64,000 nucleotides of DNA, from NCBI GenBank assembly GCA_965205655.1, contig CBDBIJ010000091.1, positions 18,916-82,915 on the forward strand. The letters run 5' to 3'. The notes under the pieces were generated by a model. It was not told the origin of the DNA. It saw only the letters and a list, made by a program, of their open reading frames with translations, and searched no databases. Of the stretch, positions 58,683 through 64,000 are shown one piece after another. Position numbers and translations under genes: made by a program. Source of the DNA: Candidatus Latescibacterota bacterium. Lineage in GTDB: Bacteria > Latescibacterota > UBA2968 > UBA8231. Positions within the stretch are counted from its first letter, which is position 1. Each line of letters starts with the position of its first letter.

Positions 58683-60125
58683 ATGATTCGCTGTTTCCTC
58701 TTCTTCGACGACTGGATGATCGACGACATCCGGGATGTCGAACGCTGTTTCGGTTCGCCCCAACCGGAAGGGCCGCTGATCACCGGCGATTTTGGCAAGC
58801 AGATGCGAACCGTGGAAATGCCCGGCGATCAGTGGCCGACGAAGTGGCGCATGTGGTACGCCAATCCGCCTGACCCGGAGGATCGCTCCGAGCCCGGGCG
58901 CAATCCGCAGGAGTACTTCTGTCTCGCGGAGAGCGACGACGGTTTCGAGTGGCGCTCCGTACACCTGCCCATGGAAGAGAGGCCCTACAAGGAATATCCG
59001 AACGCTGCCTTCGAGCACGGAGCCAAGGAAGTTCGCTACGACCCGTGGGACATTCCGGAGCGCCGCTACAAGGCCGGATTCAACGTGCGCGCCCTGCACG
59101 AGAAGAAGGCCTGGCACAACATGATCATGGGCTGGTCGGCTGACGGTGTGCACTGGGATCACTTCGACAACCCGGACTACGCCTACTTCACCCGGGCCGG
59201 AGGCAGCGACGGCACGCGGACACCATTCTACAGTCCCATCACGAAGCAATGGCACATGGTCATCCGGCCGTACTGTCCAGACCGGCGCGTCGCCGTGACC
59301 AGCTCGCCCGACCTCAAGAACTGGACTGATGTCTACACCATGATGCAGCCGGACTGCCTCGATCCGCCGGGAACCCAGTTCTACGGACTAAGAGTGTGGC
59401 CGTACGGCGTCACGAACGGCTGCGGCACGCCGGAGGACTTCGAAGGCTATTTCGTCGGCTGCCTGCACATCTTCCGATCGGCCATGGGCGAGCGCTGCGG
59501 ATCCGGCAAGTGGACGGGTCACCTCCACGACGAGCTGGCGTACAGCACGAACGGTCTGTTCTGGAACCGCACTCACCGACAGTCGCTGTTCAGGCAGTTC
59601 GAGCACGGCGAGCCGGGCGGGGGCTGGTTCGACTACTTCATCATCGGCTACGACGAAGACGAACGGCTGCGACTCGCTGTGCGGAAGTGGACGCAGACGC
59701 ACATGCTCCGAACTCCCGAAGACTACACGCCCGGGCCGGGCGGGTGGCAGCATCACATCCTGCGCAAGGACGGGTTCGTTTTCCTGCGCAGCATCGGCAC
59801 CGGTCGATTCGGCATGAAGGGGATGAGGCCGGCCAAAGGCGATCTCAACATCAACTTCAAGGCGCCGTACGGCCGCATCAGAGTACAGGCGTCAGACCTG
59901 CACTTCAACCCAATCGAAGGCTTCACCTTCGACGACTGTGTCCCGCTGCAGGGGGACGAGCTGCACGCGCCGGTGCGCTGGAAGAGCAAGACCTCGCAGG
60001 ATCTCGTCGATATGGGGCAGTCCTGCCGGCTCGAGTTCGAGATGTTCGAGGCCAACATCTACGCCGTTCGCTGGACGTGCGAGTACCTCGACTACGCTGA
60101 CCAGCCGGTCTACGACCTGAGGTAA
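58683..60125 (+). CDS. Five-bladed beta-propeller glycoside hydrolase-like protein (GH32/43/130-type fold)
   Basis: 'FFDDWMI', 'AESDDG..W', 'SADGVHW', 'S.DL.NW', 'LRKDGF' followed by a beta-sandwich tail. Confidence 0.7.
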   Translation: MIRCFLFFDDWMIDDIRDVERCFGSPQPEGPLITGDFGKQMRTVEMPGDQWPTKWRMWYANPPDPEDRSEPGRNPQEYFCLAESDDGFEWRSVHLPMEERPYKEYPNAAFEHGAKEVRYDPWDIPERRYKAGFNVRALHEKKAWHNMIMGWSADGVHWDHFDNPDYAYFTRAGGSDGTRTPFYSPITKQWHMVIRPYCPDRRVAVTSSPDLKNWTDVYTMMQPDCLDPPGTQFYGLRVWPYGVTNGCGTPEDFEGYFVGCLHIFRSAMGERCGSGKWTGHLHDELAYSTNGLFWNRTHRQSLFRQFEHGEPGGGWFDYFIIGYDEDERLRLAVRKWTQTHMLRTPEDYTPGPGGWQHHILRKDGFVFLRSIGTGRFGMKGMRPAKGDLNINFKAPYGRIRVQASDLHFNPIEGFTFDDCVPLQGDELHAPVRWKSKTSQDLVDMGQSCRLEFEMFEANIYAVRWTCEYLDYADQPVYDLR

Positions 60126-60140
60126 GAGCGCGGAGACACC

Positions 60141-61580
60141 ATGCAGACGATTCTGTTCATCGACGACTGGATGCTCGACTACAGGGATAACATCGCGCGC
60201 CGCTTCGGTCGTCCGCAGTTGCTAGAGGGGAAGAAGGTCGAGTTCGACAACGACAGGCTGCGGGGCGAGCACGGCTATCCGAACGTGATTCGCGACCGGC
60301 AGTCAGGAGTGTACCGATTGTGGGAGCGGGTCCCCGGCAGCCGACCCCTCCCCGGGGGAAACTTCAGCAGCACCCTGTGCTACGCCGAGAGCGAAGACGG
60401 CATCAGCTTTACGAGCCCCAATCTTGGCTTTTCCGACAAGATGGGCGTCGATGAGTCGCTGTCGAGCTGCGTCGATTTCGATCTGCCACCTCTAGGCGTG
60501 TCGAAGGTCGTGTACGATGCCTTCGATCCCAATCCCGCCAGGCGCTACAAGGTCGTGGGCCAGCAAGCAGAGGCAGACGACCAGCCGAGATTCACCGTGT
60601 GGGTGTCGCCGGACGGCCTCAGCTGGACCCAGGTCCCGGGTTCGAGCTGGTTTCCGGACGAGCCGACGCGGATGGGGTCCGACTGCGACAACAACATATT
60701 GTTCAACCCGATCAGCGGCCGCTACCAGGTGATCTGCCGCGACACCTGCCTGGATCGCCGTGTGGCCATGACGGAGTCGGAGGACCTCATTCACTGGACC
60801 ACGCCCCGAGTCATCGTCTATCCCGACCCGCTGGACGAGACATTGGTGCAGTTCTATTCGATGATTCAGTACTGGTATCACGAGTATTTCATCGGACTGA
60901 TGCCGCTGCAGCACGTGTCGTCCAAGGAGCGCGGGACGGTGAAGTGGATGGGCAAGGTCGACACGGAGCTGACCTACAGCTACAACGGCGTGCACTGGAA
61001 CCGCACCGACAGGCAGCCATTCGTCGGGCGCCTGGAGCCGGGTGTGCCGGGATCCGAGCAGATATACACCACCTGCATGGTGGAGGAAGAGGACGGCACC
61101 CTCCGGTTCTACTCGCGAGCCTACTCCGGCGAGCACGGCGATCAACGCATCGGCCACATGCCCGAGGGCCTAGTGCACGACTGTGAGGTGCTCGTGCACC
61201 AGCTGCGGTCGGAGGGTTTTGCCTACCTCGAGCCGGTCGGGGGCTTCGGATACTTCGGCACCCGAAATCTGAAGTTTCGCAAGGGCGAGCTGCATATCAA
61301 CATGATGGCGCCGAACGGGCGCATATGGGTCCAGGCCAGCCACAGCCACACAACGGGTCCAGACACGAGTGGACCGTATCCCGGATACAGCTTCGACGAC
61401 TGCGAGCCGCTGAGTGGAGACGACATCCGCGCCCCGGTGAGGTGGAAGAACGGGAAGACACTGACGGAGCTGGTCGGCGCCGGCGTGCGCCTCGAGTTCA
61501 AGCTGTGCCAGGCACGGGTCTACGCCGTACACGGCGACTTTCAGATTCAATACGGCGATCCCATTATCGAGCGACCGTAG
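60141..61580 (+). CDS. Five-bladed beta-propeller glycoside hydrolase-like protein, paralog 2
   Basis: Same motifs (LFIDDWML, AESEDG, SEDLIHW, LRSEGF, FDDC.PL.GD...APVRWK). Confidence 0.7.
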   Translation: MQTILFIDDWMLDYRDNIARRFGRPQLLEGKKVEFDNDRLRGEHGYPNVIRDRQSGVYRLWERVPGSRPLPGGNFSSTLCYAESEDGISFTSPNLGFSDKMGVDESLSSCVDFDLPPLGVSKVVYDAFDPNPARRYKVVGQQAEADDQPRFTVWVSPDGLSWTQVPGSSWFPDEPTRMGSDCDNNILFNPISGRYQVICRDTCLDRRVAMTESEDLIHWTTPRVIVYPDPLDETLVQFYSMIQYWYHEYFIGLMPLQHVSSKERGTVKWMGKVDTELTYSYNGVHWNRTDRQPFVGRLEPGVPGSEQIYTTCMVEEEDGTLRFYSRAYSGEHGDQRIGHMPEGLVHDCEVLVHQLRSEGFAYLEPVGGFGYFGTRNLKFRKGELHINMMAPNGRIWVQASHSHTTGPDTSGPYPGYSFDDCEPLSGDDIRAPVRWKNGKTLTELVGAGVRLEFKLCQARVYAVHGDFQIQYGDPIIERP

Positions 61581-61586
61581 CAAAAC

Positions 61587-63203
61587 ATGCTCGACAATAC
61601 GCAGTTGCATATCGGAAACGACCCCCAGTTGTTCGTCGACAGCTGGCTCATCGAATGCACGCAGGGTCTGACGAGACGCTGGCACAAGCCGGTGCGCACT
61701 GAGTCAGGGCCGCTCATATCGAAGGATCGCCCCTGGGAGAAGACGCTGTATTTCACCTACAGCACCTACTGCGTCATCCGCGATCCGGAGGATGGGCTGA
61801 TCAAGTGCTGGTACGAGGATCTGGGGCCGATCGACGGCACCGGCCACCCGCGGCAGACGCGGCTGCTCTACGCCGAGAGCGAGGATGGCGTTGAGTTCCG
61901 AAAACCGGAGCTCGACAACTGCATCATCGATGGGGCGCGCACGAACATTGTTGGGGGCTATGAGGGGAAAGAGCAGCCAACAACGGGAAATCCGTGGGCG
62001 AATGCAGGCGTGCAGTCGTGCGGGCTGGTGATCGACCCCAATCCGCCCTCCGAGGAAGAGCGATTCAGGGCGATCTTCACGAAATATGTGTTCGAAAATG
62101 GCGAATTCGCCGACGAGCGGCAAACTGTATGCGCCCATTCGCGCGATGGAGTGCGTTGGAGTCCCTACGAAGCTCGACCCACCATGGGCAGCAGCGGCAA
62201 CAGTCTCGGGGATGTTTCCGTCCTGCACTACGATGCGGAGGCGCGGCAGTTCGTGCAGAACACGCGCCACTCGAAGATGGGGACAACCGGTCGTCCGCCA
62301 ACAACGCCGAACGCGGGGGGATGGTTCGGGCCTCACTATCCCTATCGGCCCGATCTCGTCAACAAGCGACGTGTCTACCAGAGCCGCAGCTCTGATTTCC
62401 TCAACTGGGCCAACCCGGTGCCTGTTTCACTCCCCGACGACGACGGCGTCGACAATCTCGACACCGGGCACTACGGCATGCAACAGTTCCGCGTCGGCCG
62501 GCTCCATTTCGGGACACTCGGGGTATTTCGCTATGTCGACAACGAGATGGATGTGCGGTTGATGTGCAGCCGTGACGGAGTGCAGTTCAAGTCAACGGAT
62601 TGCGGACAACCGTTCCTGGCGCCGCGCGGTGAAGGGTTCTGGGACGCACACATGGTGTCGATGACGAGTCAACCGGTAGAGATGGGCGACGAATGGTGGT
62701 TCTATCATGGCGGCACCAGCTCGCATCACGACTGGTGGATGAGCCCGCAGGAAGGGATCGACGAACCGGAGGCCCGCGACCCGGCCGGCCACGTGCGCTT
62801 CGGTCTCGGATTGGCGCGCCTCAGGAAAGAGGGGATCGCCTCTCTCGACGGATCGCGCCAGCGGGACGGCTACGTCGTCACTCGCCCCGTCATGTCAGAC
62901 GGCGAGCGACTGGTGATCAACGCGAGATGCCGAGGAGGCGGCTCGATACGGGCGGCCGTGCTGGATGGGAACAACCAGCCAATAGGAGGTTGTTCGCTCG
63001 AAAGCTGCGACGTGTTTACCGACGACAGCACGAATCACGACATAACATGGGGTGGCGATCCGAGCATCCCCGGTAACGGAAATCGCAGCCGGTATGAGCG
63101 CCCCAGGGTCTGTTCGATTTGCTCGAACACCGCCTGTAGAAATGGGATGGAGGAAGCGCCATCGTTGACGTTGCCCGGACGGTTGTGGAGCCGGAGAAAA
63201 TGA
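61587..63203 (+). CDS. Beta-propeller glycoside hydrolase-like protein, paralog 3; native C-terminus replaced by IS-derived sequence after about 63078
   Basis: QLFVD, AESEDG, SRDG, LRKEG motifs. Homology stops after 'ITWGG' and the last about 40 codons are antisense transposase. Confidence 0.7.
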   Translation: MLDNTQLHIGNDPQLFVDSWLIECTQGLTRRWHKPVRTESGPLISKDRPWEKTLYFTYSTYCVIRDPEDGLIKCWYEDLGPIDGTGHPRQTRLLYAESEDGVEFRKPELDNCIIDGARTNIVGGYEGKEQPTTGNPWANAGVQSCGLVIDPNPPSEEERFRAIFTKYVFENGEFADERQTVCAHSRDGVRWSPYEARPTMGSSGNSLGDVSVLHYDAEARQFVQNTRHSKMGTTGRPPTTPNAGGWFGPHYPYRPDLVNKRRVYQSRSSDFLNWANPVPVSLPDDDGVDNLDTGHYGMQQFRVGRLHFGTLGVFRYVDNEMDVRLMCSRDGVQFKSTDCGQPFLAPRGEGFWDAHMVSMTSQPVEMGDEWWFYHGGTSSHHDWWMSPQEGIDEPEARDPAGHVRFGLGLARLRKEGIASLDGSRQRDGYVVTRPVMSDGERLVINARCRGGGSIRAAVLDGNNQPIGGCSLESCDVFTDDSTNHDITWGGDPSIPGNGNRSRYERPRVCSICSNTACRNGMEEAPSLTLPGRLWSRRK

Positions 63204-63433
63204 CCGCTGTCGGCCAGGTAAGCGGTGATGGGATAGTAACTGGGGACCTTGCGATGATGCGGGTTGTACCCACGGCAGGCACCGCCGACCTTGTGGCCGG
63301 TGCACAGCACCGTGCCATCGATGTCGATGCTCAGTGTGCGGGCCTTCAACAGACCGATCACCCCGGCGACGACATCGGCGTTGAGCGTTTTCAACGCCTC
63401 TTCGGCGCCCACCGTGAAGCGTTTGAGCCAGCG
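63078..63433 (-). mobile_element. Internal fragment of an IS1380-family transposase
   Basis: 'RWLKRFT...LSIDIDGTV...GYNPHHRKVPSYYPI.A.L......L.NRPGNVNDG...RLRF'. No N- or C-terminus and no inverted repeats seen. Confidence 0.85.
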
Positions 63434-63532
63434 GCGAGTGGCGCAAGCTGCACTTTCTTCTGAGAGACGCGGAGATATTCTCGTTTCGGATAAAATGACG
63501 GCGCCGGACCGGATCTAACTGGAGACAGGCTG

Positions 63533-64000
63533 ATGACTCAAGTGACCATCGAAGACGTCCGTACCATACTGACGCAACCCAGCGCGCGTCTCGTCATCGT
63601 CAAGATCATCACCTCCGAACCCGGCCTGTACGGCGTCGGCTGTGCCACGTTCCATCAGCGCTACAAGGCGGTGCACACCGCGGTCGAAGAGTTCCTCAAA
63701 CCGTTTCTACTCGGCCGCGATGTGGATCGCATCGAAGAGATCTTCCAGATGTCGATGGTCCACGCCTACTGGCGCAACGGACCCGTCCTCAACAACGCCA
63801 TCTCGGGGGTCGACCAGGCTCTGTGGGACATAAAGGGAAAGCGCGCCGGGATGCCGGTCTACCAGTTGCTCGGGGGCAAGTGCCGCGAGGGGGCCGCCTG
63901 CTATACGCACGCCAGCGGCGGCAGTCGCGAGGAAGTGCTGGAGCGTTTGAGGGAGATCCAGGAAAAGGGTTATCAATACATTCGCGTGCAGCTAGGCAGC
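63533..64000 (+). CDS. Enolase-superfamily acid-sugar dehydratase (RspA/mannonate dehydratase-like), partial
   Basis: Manual translation: MTQVTIEDVRTILTQP..RLVIVKI.TSEPGLYGVGCATF.QR...YWRNGPVLNNAISGVDQALWDIKGK.AGMPVYQLLGGK.R. GGAG RBS; TAAAAT at 63491. Confidence 0.92.
   Translation, partial: MTQVTIEDVRTILTQPSARLVIVKIITSEPGLYGVGCATFHQRYKAVHTAVEEFLKPFLLGRDVDRIEEIFQMSMVHAYWRNGPVLNNAISGVDQALWDIKGKRAGMPVYQLLGGKCREGAACYTHASGGSREEVLERLREIQEKGYQYIRVQLGS

Noticed and set aside
1-64000. Prophage, anti-phage defence, toxin-antitoxin, tRNA or rRNA genes
   Set aside because: No recognisable signatures; intergenic spaces are short and mostly explained. Small RNAs cannot be excluded by eye.

Overview
GC-rich bacterial DNA, densely coding (about 37 genes). 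I see no rRNA, tRNA or CRISPR array. The gene content suggests an FCB-group lineage such as Candidatus Latescibacterota (inference only): FlgD/T9SS-like C-terminal domains, a PorZ-like protein, DUF6785-type membrane proteins, CRTAC1/ASPIC-UnbV and 'SWGxxK' tails. (1) 1-25.7 kb is a divergently transcribed envelope cluster and the best candidate for an undescribed system. It holds a lipoprotein, a large frameshift-split outer-membrane beta-barrel-like protein, three lipid-anchored parvulin/SurA-like foldases with degenerate active sites, four paralogous secreted proteins sharing a 'TPNGDG.ND...RLxxxAY*' C-terminal domain, a CBM9/DOMON-like protein with a TAVxxxSWGxxK tail, CRTAC1 and TPR genes, and two DUF6785-like membrane proteins. 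Two of the secreted paralogs come from a 2,834-bp-offset tandem duplication with a visible fossil junction and differ most in a Cys-bounded loop. (2) 25.7-57.6 kb holds two oppositely oriented modules (Cu-monooxygenase-like, RCC1-repeat/glycoside hydrolase fusion, deacylase, DUF4091). Between them lie a TolB-like gene, an M6 protease, a PorZ-like gene, aceE, a DegT-family aminotransferase, an SGNH hydrolase and a PhyH dioxygenase. (3) 57.6-64 kb holds a Thr/Ser dehydratase, three beta-propeller hydrolases (the last cut by an IS1380 fragment) and an RspA-like enolase-superfamily gene. Four frameshifts in three genes, including aceE, look like sequencing indels. All family calls come from motif recognition by eye; no searches were run.
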